64,000 nt of DNA from the human T2T-CHM13v2.0 reference genome, Homo sapiens (GCF_009914755.1 NC_060932.1), one strand, 5' to 3'; shown: positions 31,690 to 45,661, counted from the stretch's first letter. Translations and numbers: made by a program. The notes: generated by a model not told the origin, from the letters alone.

Positions 31690-33890
31690 ATTTGACATAC
31701 ATTAGTATCATGTACTGCCCTAGGCACTGATGTAGAACCAAGAGACACAAAATTCATTCTCCCATGAGGCTTACATTCTCATGGGGTCAGCATCTGATTA
31801 GGGCTTACATAGAAAATTAAATAAGATTACAGAATAGTAACCAAGTAACTTCTTTCATTAGTTGGTCAGATAAGCCTTTTCCCAATAGAAAATGAGCAGA
31901 AACTTTAAGATCAGGGAAGAAATGTGACTGAATAGAAGGAACTGCTATGCATTAGGATTGAACATAACGTATTTAAGTGTCTCAAAATCAGGCAAGCAGG
32001 CCAGAACATAGTAAATTAAGGAGGGAAGGGTTGGACAGATACCTGCAGGTCAGATCTTTCAGACAATTTTAGGCAAGGATAAATGGAATAAAAAAGTCAC
32101 TGGATAGTGTTAAGCAAGGGTTCACATGGGTGCATTAAAAAATAAAAACCCTACTGATTACCATGCGTCAACTAATTTTAAGAAGCTAGATTGTAAAGTA
32201 GTGAGATAAGAATGCAATTAATCAGGTGCCAGTTTTTGGGAACTCAACCAAGGAAATAAACATGAAGGTGATAAGAAATGGTCCAACTCAGGATATATTT
32301 TAGGGTTAGAATACATATTGCTGAGGGACTGAATCTGGACTTTGAGGGTAGAAGGGAAAATCAATTATTACTGTTGATGTATTACTCTGAAATTTGGAGT
32401 TTGAGAATCATGGTTGTGACAGTTCTATTTTGGACATGTTAAGTTGGAAATGTAAATTTAACATCCAAATGGTGATGTCAAAGGCACCGTTTGATATACG
32501 TCTGGGGTAATGGAGAAAAATCAGGGCTAAGAAACATATTTTAGAGTCATTGACATATAGGTGTATTTGAAGCCATGAAAGAGCTGAGATAATAAAAAGA
32601 GTAGGTAGAGAGAACAAGATCAAAGGGCCTGGGAGCAAGTGATGCAATATTTTGTAGATGAGAAAAAAAGAAAGGCGAGCCAGGAAGAAAAAAAAAAAAG
32701 AAAGAAAGAAAGTAGATGGTGAAATATTTTATAGAAGGAAATACTGAGCATTTTGTTTTCTTAGAAGCCCAGGGAAAAAAGAGTTCAAGATGGGAGGTAT
32801 GGTCAACAGTGTCAAATACTGAAAATCAGCTGGGTGAGATATAAACAGAGAAGTGAACATTGGATTTGACAACACAGAAGTAAGGTCAGAGCCTGACTAG
32901 AGAGAATTGAGAAGAGAACATGAAGTAAGGAAATTATGATAGTGTCTGTAGAAAATTCTTTCAACAAATACACATTATCTTGTTATTCTTGTTAGTCTAG
33001 TAGAGAGACGAGACAATATCTAGAAACCTATGTGGCATCAAGGGGTCAGGAGACAGTTTAGTTTTAAAAGAACACATGATTTTATGCTGATATAACTAAA
33101 ACAGTAAAAATAGAGATACGCTTATGCAGGGGAAAGAAGAGATAACTGGCAATAATTTAATATTTGAGAAGTAAGACCAGATGAGATCTAGTACTCAAGT
33201 AGAGGTGGATCTTTGGTAGGATGTTTGGTAGGAACTAGAACAGTTTATTTTTATAACAAGAAAATAGAAAATAGGGAGTAAGAAATATAGTAAGAAAATA
33301 TGACCAGATTGCTTGGTCATATTTGAAAGATTCCAAATATCCATTTGAATTCTGTGATCATGAATTTGAGTTAGACTCTTTAGCACTATCTTGTCATGTT
33401 CTCAGGCAGAATAGGAGCTAGATGAAGCCTGCAATCTTTGATTTTCTGTCAAAGTAATTTAACCGGAGAAAGAAGTGAGAGAACCAAGAATGTCTGCAAA
33501 AGATAAATTATAGCAATGTACCATGAAATCCAGGCTGGCCAGGGAGGGTTTGACAGCACAACAGGGCAACTGACAATGAGAAAAAGAAGTGGTGATGCAG
33601 TTTTGTTGTTGGTGATGAGGTTAATGATATAATACGGAAATGGACTGGGTGGTGCTGCTAAGTAAAAATGTCGTCAGTGAGGAGATGCAATGAAGGCAAA
33701 TATTATCTACAATTGTTGAAGTCACAAGGAATAGTGATAGGGAAATGGGAGGGGAGATGTTAAGCAGGATGTTAAACTCACAAATGAATGAAATAGAAAT
33801 GACTAGGAGACAAGTAAATTATAAGTAACAAGAAGAGGTAGCAGAGGCAACATGAAAAGTTTAAAATTCAGAATGAAGACTTAATAAAAG
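31690..33890 (-). mobile_element. L2 LINE, long degraded fragment
   Basis: Minus ORF 32408-32647 HLYVNDSKI..DITIWM..FQLNMSKIEL matches the L2 RT region HLYADDSQI..LKLNMSKTEL. Confidence 0.85.
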
Positions 33891-34133
33891 GGAATAGTAA
33901 CTAAAAAAAATTGCCATTTCTATACTCTATATTTGTAAATTTTTCAATGAAGTATATAAATATCAAATTTTCTTCCTTTTAAATTACCACCTTATAGCCA
34001 TAGAAATATAGATGGCCTATAACAAATACAGGTTTTAAAAAAACCCACAAAACTAATGCAAATTCATCCCATAGAGTGTTTAGCTTGTTAAATATATGTA
34101 CACTGAAAAAACTCAAAATCTTCTCTATAGCTT

Positions 34134-34359
34134 CAAGTAAGTTGGTAATCTTTTTTTCTGTAAAGGGTAAGAGAGTAAATGTCTTAAGTTTTATAGGACA
34201 TGCAGGCTCTATGGCAATTACTCAACTCTACCACTGTAATGTGAATGCAGCCATAGATAATATGTAGATAAATTTTTGTTTGTGAAACAATACAACTTTA
34301 TTTATAAAAACAAGTGATGGGTTAAATCTGACTTCCTGGTCTTAGTTTGCCAACACTTG
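34134..34359 (+). mobile_element. MER58A (hAT-Charlie MITE)
   Basis: tttttctgtaaagggtaagagagtaaat..actcaactctaccactgta..gcagccataga..tagtttgccaac. Confidence 0.85.
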
Positions 34360-34604
34360 AGTTAGAGTCCAACAACCAACTTAATTAGAATCTCAATTTT
34401 AAACTCTAGTGGATTATAAAAATCAATAATAGCAATGCCTTTATATCTATGTCTCTAAATATATATTTAAGTGGAAGTATTTGGAATTGAGTATTGACCT
34501 ATGAATATTTTGCCTTAGAAATATTTGAAATTTTGGAGATTAAAGACGACTGAGTTATGCATAGTTGCTCAGCATTCTAAAGACACAGCATGTAGACAAA
34601 TTCA

Positions 34605-34889
<285 letters not shown>

Positions 34890-35064
34890 CTATATGTATT
34901 TCTTCAAAAGATAAAATAAGACAAAAGATGTTTGAGGAAAAAATTATCATACTAGTTGCTCTTAGAAGAGTTCATTTAAATAAAATTTTTAGATAAAATT
35001 GTACATCCATCATTCATGATTACAAGATGAAATAAAAATGAAGTTAAGATAAAAATGGCTTAGG

Positions 35065-36030
35065 GTAACTTCCAGTTTCCAGTCTGGCATCTAAGGGCTC
35101 CAAAAGTTATCACTTCCATCTCTACAAGAAGATAAAGGAAACTGAACAAATTGAAAATCGTCAATTCCTTTTATATCTATCTGATAATTGAAGTCACAAA
35201 GTCAATCACTGTCTCCCATAATTAGAGAGAGAAAGCAAACTAACACAGGAATACAAAAACAAAATACTGCATGTTCTCACTTGTAAGTGGGAACTAAACA
35301 TCAAGTACATATAGACACAAAGAAGGAAAAACCCACACCAGGGTCTTCTTGAGAGCAGAGGATGGAGGAAGGTGAGGATCAAAAAACACCTATCAGGTAC
35401 TATGCTAATTACATTGGTGATAAAATAACCTATACACCGAATCCCCATGATATGCAATTTACCTATATAACAAACCTGCACATGGGCACTTGAACCTAAA
35501 ATAAAAGTTAAAAAAAATTGGAGAGACAGACAGGCACATACAAAGTATCACAATATATCAGAGCAGAAGTCAAGGAGCAAAAACTGCTGCTAGAGCCAGT
35601 AGTGAGGTAAGAAAATTTAACTGTAATTTAAAAAGTGTTGAAGGCTTAGTGTGGACAAGATAAAAATCTACCCCTAGTCATATTAGATTCAAACTGCAGA
35701 AAATCAAGATGAGAGAATATTCAAAGAAGTCAAAAGCAAAAATACACTTTACCTATAGAGAAGCCAGGATAAGATTATATCTGACTTCAGACACCATGCA
35801 AGTAAGAAAAGAGTATGACAAAATATTTAAAACAGTGAAAGAAGAAAATGTGACCAACCTAAATTTCTGTTTTCTATAAAATTATCCTTCAAAGGTAAAA
35901 GAAAAATACAGATTTTCTGAGATAAACAAAAATTGAGAGAATTTGTTACTATTAGACCCGCCTTGCAAGAAATGTTAAAGCAAATACTTCAGAAAGAAGA
36001 AAAATTATATAGGTCAGGAAGTCATATTTA
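35065..36030 (+). mobile_element. L1MC/MD 5' region and ORF1 fragments
   Basis: 35150-35230 resembles the reverse complement of 58390-58480; aaattatccttcaaaggtaaaagaaaaatacagatttt..agacccgccttgcaagaaatgttaaa is the ORF1 3' part. Confidence 0.7.
35234..35517 (+). mobile_element. L1PA15/16-like 3' end
   Basis: gcatgttctcacttgtaagtggga..gaggatcaaaaaacacctatcaggtactatgct..tgaacctaaaataaaagtt; imperfect TSD aattagagaga / aattggagaga. Confidence 0.88.
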
Positions 36031-36032
36031 CA

Positions 36033-36432
36033 TTTTATTAGTCTAATTGTGCTGCAATAACAAAATACTTCAAACTGGTAAATTTATAAATAATAGCAAT
36101 TAATTTGTCCACAGTCTGAAGGCTGGGAAGTCCAAGATCAAGGTGCTGGCAGATTCATTGTCTGATAAGGACTCTCTCTTTCTGCTCCCAAGATGGTGTC
36201 TTGTCACTGTGTTCTCTAGAGGGAACAAACACTGTGTCCTCATATGGTGAAAGGGGAAAAAGGGGTGGTAGCTCTCTGAAGACCCTTTTATGAGGCTTTA
36301 ATCCTATTCTTGAAGACAGAGCCCTCATGACTTAATCACTTCCTCAAAGACCTCACCTCTTAATACTATCATGTTGGGGTTTTTGTTCCAGCATATACAT
36401 TTTGAAGGAAAACATACATTCACACCATAGAG
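36033..36432 (-). mobile_element. MSTD/MLT1A-type MaLR LTR
   Basis: ggctgggaagtccaagatcaaggtgctggcagattc..agagccctcatgacttaatcacttcc. Confidence 0.85.
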
Positions 36433-38406
36433 CCTGCAGTAGTAGCAGCCTTGAGGACATTTATTTCTCCTTGGCTTCACCCCTAAGGAGGTGCCATAGG
36501 ATTCAGAGCTTATTTTTGGAACTATTTTCACAATTACCTATAAATCGGTACCTGGGGTGAAGGTATTACCTACTCTACTGTACCTTTAAGAAGTTTAACG
36601 ATAGCAATTTGATGTCAAACTTAATGGTATGAATGTTATCACTCATGAACTAATAGTACCTTGCATGGATATGCTTAAGATTAAACACGGGCCTAGAACC
36701 ATTGAATTGGGAAAAATGAAGAAACATTTTAGGAGAAGGAAAATATAAATTTTTGTAATTGCATTCTTCACTTGTGATTCTCACTCTTCTCAACCCAATA
36801 AACCTTACTTCCATTCCTTATGTTCCCTCATAGTCGTTATAAAGACAAGATCATCTACACAATTAAGTCAACCTTTCAAACTTTTTTTTTCCTATCTGCT
36901 TAAGGAGCATATGTTTCAGTTGTTCATTCCAATTTCCAATGAGATAACTGCACTAAGGCTGACAGGGATGGGGTATGTTCATGTTATGTTTTATTGCCTG
37001 CTTTTTTGTTTGTTTGTTTGTTTGCATTTCTTACCAAAAAAATAATTTCAGCTTCAATCAAGAATTTGCTGTTTCAAACCTTTGATTGTATTCTCTGAGA
37101 CTACTTGCGTTACAAGTTAATTGAGAAATGGGTTAGAATAAGTGTTCATCTCAGTTAACACCCACTTATTATACCTCAAAGAGATCTGAAAGGCCAGCAA
37201 TGAACTCAAACCTTTTATTAAGGAATTGTATTCACAGCTGTTTTCAAGCATTTATTTCCTATGAGTGATAGGTGTCATTTTTTAAATCACATTGGTAGTT
37301 TTCACTGATGCAAAGAAAAGTGTTATCTCTCTGCCCATTGATGAGTGGCTTAAGCAACTATCTGCCTTTGTATTTCATGAAGTCAACTAGCAAGCTTAGG
37401 AAACGGACTGAGGCATCTGAGCTGGTACCTGAGCTTTGGTTTTGTTTTGTTGTCTTATTAGTAGGAAGGCGGTAAATAACTCATAACCAATTAAATTGTC
37501 ATAGAAGTTTACATATGAAGTGCAGTTATCTGGAGCAATCAATTCTGCCCTGTATTTTACTGAACAGTGTATGTTTGATATGTAGACATTAGCAGAAAAC
37601 TGATTTATAGTGCTTAATATTATTAATAATGAGATATTCATTAGTGGCACAGGTTAATGAAATATCACTATAAATAATTATGTGTAATAACTCATTACCC
37701 AACATAAATGTAAATGCTCTTTAGTTTCAAAATTTTTGTAATATTCAATCTCCCTACTTTGAGAGAAAAGCATTTACTAATTGCCTGTCAATTATCAAAA
37801 ATGCAACTATGCCATAGTGACTTACCATCCCTTTTCCAGTTTTTTGTTGGTTTGTTTGTTTACAAAATATTACTTGTCTTTGCATGAATCTAAAGCACCT
37901 AGTTACATTATGTGGTTCATTTGGCTCAAATTTTAATGAAGTATATCCATTAAATTATCTTGATACACCTACTCTAAATTATGAGTCTTCTAAATATTTC
38001 AAGGAAATTAACAAAGCAATGTATATGCTGTCTCCCTGTAACTGAATGAAAATTAGGTAAAACAGAAATGCCAGTGAAGAGTCAATATTATTTTAATGAG
38101 AGAAAAAATGAGGCAACAAAAGGATCATGCAGAACAGTAATGTCTTTTGACATGTCTCACAAGTCTGAAGTGGACATGTAGAACACTCTCCCTGACAAGC
38201 TCAGCCTCTGCGCTCTGTGCTGTCAAGTGCTGCCCACCCATCAGTGTGCAGAGGCAGCCTGTGGGAAAGCTTACCTCATGGGCAAAACCAGCATTTTGTA
38301 AAAAGCTTGAAGGAAGCGTTTTTATCTAAAGCTTGAAAAGCATCGATTCCACATAATTTGATTAAAAACATCTATTAATGTGAACCTTTAAAAATAACAG
38401 TGCAAA

Positions 38407-39299
38407 GCAAACAAACAACTCCATCCAAAAGTAGGTGAAGGATATGAACAGACACTTCTCAAAAGAAGACCTTTATGCGGCCAACAAACATATGAAAAAA
38501 AGCTCATCATCACTGGTATTAGAGAAATGCAAATCAAAACCACAATGAACTACCATCTTATGCCAGTCAGAATGGCAATTATTAAAAAGTCAGAAAACAA
38601 CAGATGTTGGAGAGGCTCTGGAGAAATAGGAACGCTTTTACACTGTTGGTGGGAGTGCAAATTACTTCAAACATTGTGGAAGACAGTGTGGCGATTCCTC
38701 AAGGATTTAGAACCAGAAATACCATTTGACCAAATACCATTTGACCCAGCAATCCTATTACTGGGTATATACCCAAAGGATTATAAATCATTCTACTATA
38801 AAGACACATGTACAGGTATGTTTATTGCAGCACTATTTACAATAGCAAAGACTTGGGACCAACCCAAATGCCTATCAGTGAAAGACTGGATAAAGAAAAT
38901 GTGGCACATATATGCTGTGGAATACTATGCAGCCAATAAAAAGAATGAGTTCTGGTCCTTTGCAGGGACATGGATGAAGCTGGAAGCTATCATTCTCAGC
39001 AAACTAATACAGGAACAGAAAACCAAACACTGCATGTTCTCACTCATAAGTGGGAGGTGAACAACGAGAACACATGGACACAAGGAGGGTAGCATCACCT
39101 ACCAGGGCCTGTTGGGGGGCAGGCCAAGGGGAGGGAGAACATCAGGACAAATACCTAATGCATGTGGGGCTTAAAACCTAGATGGCAGTTGATAGGTGCA
39201 GCAAACCACTACGGCACATGCATATCTATGTAACAAACCTGCACATTCTGCACATGTATCCTAGAACTTAAAATAAAATAAAATAATTTAATTTAAAAA
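38407..39299 (+). mobile_element. L1PA (7/8-like) 5'-truncated 3' end with an open ORF2p C-terminal frame
   Basis: ORF 38527-39060 [28 protein letters not shown] is the ORF2p Cys-rich C-terminus; 3' UTR and A-rich tail follow. Confidence 0.95.
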
Positions 39300-39439
39300 G
39301 AAGTTGTTCAAATAGGACTCAGCTCAATGTCTCTGAAGTTCTCTCAGTCTTCTCACCTCTCTGTGTTGCTTTTATGCTTCAAGTTTTACATCTGTTCAAG
39401 GCCCAGAGGAAGAGGGAACCGACTTTCTGCAGATCACTC

Positions 39440-39721
39440 TTTTTTTGTTGTTTGTTTGAGACAGAGCCTGGCACTGTCATCCAGGCTGGAGTGCAGTGGC
39501 ACGATCTCAGCTCACCGCAACCTCCACTTCCTGGGTTCGAGCTGTTCTCTGGCTTCAACCTCATGAGTAGCTGGGATTACAGTGGCCCACGACCACCCCT
39601 GGCATTTGACAGGGATTTGCCATGTTGGACAGGCTGGTCTAGAACTCCTGACCTCAAGTGATCTGCCCGCTTCGGCCACCCAAAGTGCTGGAATTACAGG
39701 CATGAACCACCATGCCCAGCC
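39440..39721 (-). mobile_element. Alu (S/J) lacking the central A-rich linker
   Basis: Antisense Alu; TSD tcactctt; arms joined by cctggcatttgacagggatt. Confidence 0.92.
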
Positions 39722-40850
39722 AGCTCACTCTTAAGAGTCAAAAGCAAGACTCCCTAGTCAGCCCTCACAACAACCACTGTGTCTTATTGTCTTATAGCTG
39801 GCCAAGTGCTCATTTCTGAAATAATGCTTTTGGCCAAGAAAATTGGAGCAACTAACATTGTCTGAAGAAATCACTGTGTGAAGGGAGATGGGAGTAATCT
39901 AATTTGGGTAAAATAATCGATGCCTATCATGAAGCAGGAAAAATGATCAATCTCTTCTCAAAGCACAGAGCTACTAAAGAGAGAAGGACACATGGAAGCA
40001 TTTTGCAGAAATAGCCACACTACCAACTGTACTTCCTAAGCACAGAGATCTAGAAAGAAGAAAAGTTCCTAATTTTCAAGTCTTCAGGTAGGTCATTTGT
40101 ATTTTGCATGCATCCACTGCCAGTGTGTGTGGTATCCTGGGTCTCTAGGCATTACATCTTGCCTAGGAAATTAGCTCTGACCTATGTTTGGTTCACATGA
40201 GTCTATAATGAGCAAATACAATATAACAAAACACTTGTACTTTTCGTAAATCGGTACATTAGTAATGTGCTCATGCTTCAATAAAGACAATATTAGAATA
40301 CTTAATAATAAAGTGATAAATATTATGTCAATTATGAAATAACTATTTTACTAAATAATGAATCAAGAAATATTATTTTTAAATGCCAACAGCTTGATCA
40401 AAACTTCACTTCTACCAGTTTTAATAAAAGCACGTCTATCAGTTTTGAGATGGTTCACTAATACAACAATGTCAATTTCTAAATAATTATAAACAATACA
40501 GAGGAAGAAAGCTGATTCTTAAATGCAGCAAATAAAGTCAGGAATAAGTTTGCTTTGTCCAACAAATACTCACCTAACAACCATCACACATTTAGCATTT
40601 GATTATGCATGTGTTAGAGAGGCATGCCATTCCATAATACAACATTATAACTAAAAGCCATCTGCTTCTGCTTATGTTTTAGCAAGTTTTTATAATATGA
40701 AAACTGCTATTTTCCACCAGAATAGACAGCTGGTTTGTCTTAATGTAGCTGGTCCTTAAATTTGACATGCCAGTCAAGCCACGAGGGGAGAACAAAATAT
40801 ATAATATGATATACCAGCAATGTCATTACAAGAGAATGAAATGTAGAAGC

Positions 40851-40852
<2 letters not shown>

Positions 40853-40887
<35 letters not shown>

Positions 40888-40910
40888 TGTGTGTCTGTGT
40901 GTCTGTGTGG
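40853..40910. repeat. (GT)n microsatellite with GTCT interruptions
   Basis: Seen directly. Confidence 0.97.
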
Positions 40911-41164
40911 TGGGGGGTGTAATAGAAAGATAAAAATTAGAAGGGAAGAAAATTTTATTTACAAACAAGCATTACATAAGTTTCAGATGATTCACATTTA
41001 AAAGATATACTAATATTGATTTTTTTCAAAACACTCTACTTAAAACAAAAACAGCAAAATCTCCCTGAGATTATTTAAATAATTTAAGGTAAGCCATCCT
41101 CTGTCCTCAGCCCACTTGTATGGAACACTTCACCACAAATGTAAGGAATCTTAAACAATTTCTT

Positions 41165-41282
41165 CACCATCACTCCTCCATTTCACAAATGAAGAAACTA
41201 ACCAAGTCCACACGAGGCAGAAGAAGAAAAGTCCAGATTACAACTCGGATACTAAAACTTTATCTCCACTGTATCAGACTAT
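41165..41282 (-). mobile_element. MIR fragment
   Basis: ctccatttcacaaatgaagaaactaa is the antisense MIR core. Confidence 0.55.
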
Positions 41283-42385
41283 TTATCTGATGCAAATCAT
41301 TCCCTGTGTCTCCACCTAATCTGCTAATTTTCACCTACATACAGTTACTCATTAAGATCCTTCAGGAATTCAATTGAAATTCTTTTCAGTCAAACATTTC
41401 CCTAATCCTGCTTTCTGTTAAAATTCGGCTTACATTTAATAAATTCCAGGAAGCTATTCATGATCACTCACATACTTCTTAAAGTCCCTGTGTCTGATCA
41501 TTAAGATTCATCGTCAATAATCATACATAGAGATGATTAATAGTATATTGGTTTCATACTCATTACACATAGTTCAATAAGTAGTTAATTTAACTGTAAA
41601 AGGTATCCAATGTTAAAGTAAGTTACAAATAATGTGAGAATTTAACCAAGGCAAACTTTTGGAATGAGCTGTCAATTTCACTTCATTAAGGTTTTGGTGA
41701 ACGTTTACTTTCTGTTTTCCGATTGTGATTAACTTTTGAACTTCTATGCCTCATGCTAATTTAAATTATTATACCCATTATATTAATAAAATCATCACTG
41801 ATTATGGCACTGATTATGGCAAATAAGCATAGAATCCACAAATCCCCTCTATGGAAATTGGCAGTATTAAGTAAAAATTAGTATTATCATAAAGCATATC
41901 AACTGTGCTTTCTGATCTAGCTTTTAATTTATGACCACACTTCTCAAGTGGGTCTTCAGCTTCCATACCCTCAACCCCCAAAATTCTATTAAGCTTTCCC
42001 AATAGCCCTGCTACTCACTGTGCTGAATGAACTATTTCTCTCCCTTTCTGTCTTCTACAACTGCCAGCACCCCGTTTATTATTTTCTCTTAGTGAATCAT
42101 CTTCATTTGTATTTCCTGAGAAAATACAAGCTCTAAGAATAAAATTACCAATTTTTCTACCATCCAACTAACTACAAATCTTCTTGATAATATGTGAAAG
42201 CTGTATCTTGTCCAACATAAGAACAACCCTTCTACATGTGAACGGATTTTACCTTCTCTTATCTTCCTAAAGCTTAACTCCTAAAATTATTTCTTCTTTC
42301 TCTTAAATCATAAATTTCCCTCTGTATAATCACATCCAAGAAATTGGATGAAATTGCTTCCATTTATTCAACGTATATCCTTAAC

Positions 42386-42482
42386 CAAGGCAGAGGTTGC
42401 AGTGAGCCAAGATTGCACCACGGCACTCCAGCCTAGACAACAGAGTGAGGCTCCATCTTTAAAAAAAAAAAAAAAAAAAAAA
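42386..42482 (+). mobile_element. Severely 5'-truncated Alu
   Basis: Last ~70 nt of the right arm plus A-tail; 13-bp TSD gtatatccttaac at 42373-42385 and 42483-42495. Confidence 0.93.
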
Positions 42483-42515
42483 GTATATCCTTAACACTTT
42501 AAGCTTTTTCATTTG

Positions 42516-42893
42516 TGTATTAGCCCATTTTCATACTGCTGTAAAGACATACCCAAGACTGGGTAATTTATAAATGAAAGAGGTTTAATTGACTCACAGT
42601 TCTGCAGGGCTGGGGAAGCCTCAGGAAACTTACAATCATGGTGTAAGGGGAAGAGGCATTTCTTACATGGCAGCAGATGAGAGAGAGAATGGCAAAAGAA
42701 GAGGGAAGAACCCCTTATATTAATAAAATCATCAGATCTTGTGAGAACTCATTCACTATCATAAGAACAGCAAGAGGCAAACCACCCCCATGATTCAATT
42801 ACCTCCATCTGGATTCTCCCTAGCCACGTGGGGTTCATGGAGATTACAATTCAAGATGAGATTTTGGTGGGAACACAAAGCCTAACCATATAA
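42516..42893 (-). mobile_element. THE1C/D solo LTR
   Basis: tgtattagcccattttcatactgct..agaggtttaattgactcacagttc..cctaaccatat; 5-bp TSD atttg. Confidence 0.93.
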
Positions 42894-43585
42894 ATTTGCC
42901 ACCTCATTTCTCTGCTCATTGTAATGGCAAAATTCTTTTAAAGAGGTGCCTAATCACAGTCTCCCCTTTTACATCTCCCACAAAACACTCTAATGTGAGT
43001 TTTCCCACCATCACTGTACTAAAATCATTCTCATCAAGGCCTCTGAGAGCCTTCCTTTCTTCCAATCAAATGACCTAACATCTTACTATTCTTCATCTAC
43101 TCAAACCCTTAGCAATGATTGACATGGTCAAATCACTATTCAACTCTTGACTGTTCTACTGGAAACTGCCGTTTTTCACTTAGTCTTAGAGAATGCACTT
43201 CCTTGCTTTTCTGCTGACCCCACTAGACATTCTTCTCAATCTCATTTGCTGTCTCCCTTTTCCCCTTACCTAAATCTTGGATTGCCCTAAACCTCAGTTT
43301 TTTGCCTTTTTTTCCTTTTCAAACTGCACTCCCTCTATTTGTGATGTCATGATGTATCATGGCTGTCACTGTTATGACTACAAAATATGTACCTCTAGTT
43401 CTGGACTTTCCCCTAGAGTTCTATGTTACTTGTTCAGTTTTCTATTGACATGCCCAATCACACCAAAATTTACATGAGCAAAAGGAAATGTCTGAATCGT
43501 GATGACTCCACTCCTTAAAAATACCTTCCTTTTTGGTCTTTCCAAACTCAGAATGACCGTTTGAGTAATTAGGCCAAAACATACA

Positions 43586-43981
43586 TAATATGGTTTGGAT
43601 CTCTGTCCCCACCCAAATCTCATGTTCAATTGTAATCCCCAGTGTTGGTGATGGGATGGTGGGAGGTGATTGGATCATGGGGGCAGATTTCTCACGAATG
43701 GCTTAGCACCATCCCCTGGGTGCCATCCATGAAATAGTGAGTGAGTTCTCATGAGTTCTGGTAGTTTAAAAGTGTGTGCCATCTCTTGTTCCTGCTCCAG
43801 CCAAGTAACATATCTGCTCTCCTTCACCTTCCACCATGATTGTCAGTTTCTTGAGGCCTCCCCAGAAGCCAAGCAGATGCCAGCATCATGCTTCCAACCG
43901 TGAGTCAATTAAACCTCTTTTCTTTATAAATTATCCAGTCTCAGGTATTTCTTTATAGCAATGCAAGAACAGTCTAACTCA
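43586..43981 (+). mobile_element. MSTA/MSTB solo LTR
   Basis: atatggtttggatctctgtccccacccaaatctcatg..caattaaacctcttttctttataaa; 5-bp TSD ataca. Confidence 0.92.
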
Positions 43982-44559
43982 ATACACTTTACCCTTTATT
44001 CTTTACTTTCCAGTAAACCTACATTCAATCAATCAGAAAATCCTACTTTGAAATTACACCTTGAATGTGTCCACTTTATTCTATCACTTTTTACTGGTAA
44101 TGCCTTCCAAACAGGTCTCCATGGTGACTTTCTTGTCACATTCATAAGCAATTCTTCATGCAGCATTCAGAAAACTCTTCCAAAAATGCAGAAGTTCTCT
44201 TGCTCGAACCTACCACTGGCTGTTAATAATACTTAGAATAAAATCCAACTTCTTAGATCCATCACGATATAGCCTCTGCCTACCTCTCCAGTCTCAAGTT
44301 CTCTTCTCCTTGTCTCTTGCAATCCAAATGCCAGATTTTTTTGTTCATCTTCAAATTTTATATATACCTTCACTCTAGCAATCTCACCTTTAGCAATTAT
44401 TTGAAAGTTGAGTGACTTATTTTAATTCGCTTTACTCCTTTTTCAAAATCTAAGTGCTATTGTTCTCATCCTTCGATCTGATTGGTGGTTAGCAATTATT
44501 TGAAATAAAAAAACACACAGCTAATAATGTCAGATTTATACAGATATTTATTGTAGTGC

Positions 44560-44915
44560 TGTTAATGATAATATGAGATATTAAAATGACATGAACAATG
44601 TGAAATGTGTTTAATAAAGTTTCTTACATGGAGTAAATGAAATAATGGATTCAAGAGTAAATTTATTGATGTGATAATATATAATATATACTAGTAAATG
44701 AAAAAACTTTATAAAAGTTTCCACAGTATAATTCTGAATGTATGAGAAATAATAAATAACCAAACATGTAAAAAATGGAATATATACATTAATATGTTAA
44801 CAGTAATAATTTAAGTATTGGAGAAAAGTTAATTTTAATCTTATTTGAGCTTATTTGTTTAAATATATTCTATAATAATGTGTATCACTTGGGAAATTAA
44901 GAAAATGTATATCTA
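44560..44915 (+). mobile_element. L1ME-like 3' UTR remnant
   Basis: aaaatggaatatatacattaatatgttaacagt..ttctataataatgtgtatcactt. Confidence 0.45.
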
Positions 44916-45661
44916 TAAAATATTGAGGATTATATTTACAAGAAGATTTTGAAAACACAGCCAGTTGATTGAGCCCTCATCTCCCTTTACTGTGAAATGC
45001 ATGGGACTACCTCTTCAAATAAATACCAGGACTTAGAGGGGACAGCGTTTGATGCTTTGGATTATATTGGGGGTTTTGATGGAGATAACTGGTGTGAGAG
45101 TCCATCCACTCGGGTGGGAGCCTAACAATAGGAATTGGAAAGGGGTTGATATTAAGAAGATCTGTCTTTGCTGATATCTGGGGACTCCATGAAAAAAGGA
45201 AACTGTTGACCATTCTGAATCCCCAGAGTCCCAGAAAGCAAGAGTGAGTATAAGGATGATGTCTTTTGGGACTTCCAAAATGTAAGAATGAGGCCATAGT
45301 GAAACAAAGAGCCTTTCTTCAAGAACTTCAAAACAGAACCTGCTTTTAGACCTCAAGTGCAGGGATAGAAATGGGAAGCCCATTTGCATTTTGTCCCCAC
45401 TGAACCTCTGCTATTTAGAATGCTGCAGCCACCTTGCCTAGGTACACAGGAGCTGACAACAGAGAAGCAGAGTGCCAATCTGAATTCACAAGAACTTACC
45501 ACAAATCATTCGAAAGATGAGAACAATCGGACTTAGATTTTGAAAATGGAGTAAAGTGAAATAAAATAAATTACTCAACTTTCAAGTAAAGTTTCTTTCA
45601 AAAAAGAGAAAGAAACAAATTTTAAAAAGACATTGAAACAAACAAAAAACTTCAAACTGCA

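Larger units (their letters stand above)
41900..44400 (+). mobile_element. L2 fragment interrupted by Alu, THE1 and MST
   Basis: cccaccatcactgtactaaaatcattctcatcaagg, cttagcaatgattgacatggtca, cttagaataaaatccaacttctta L2 motifs. Confidence 0.75.
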
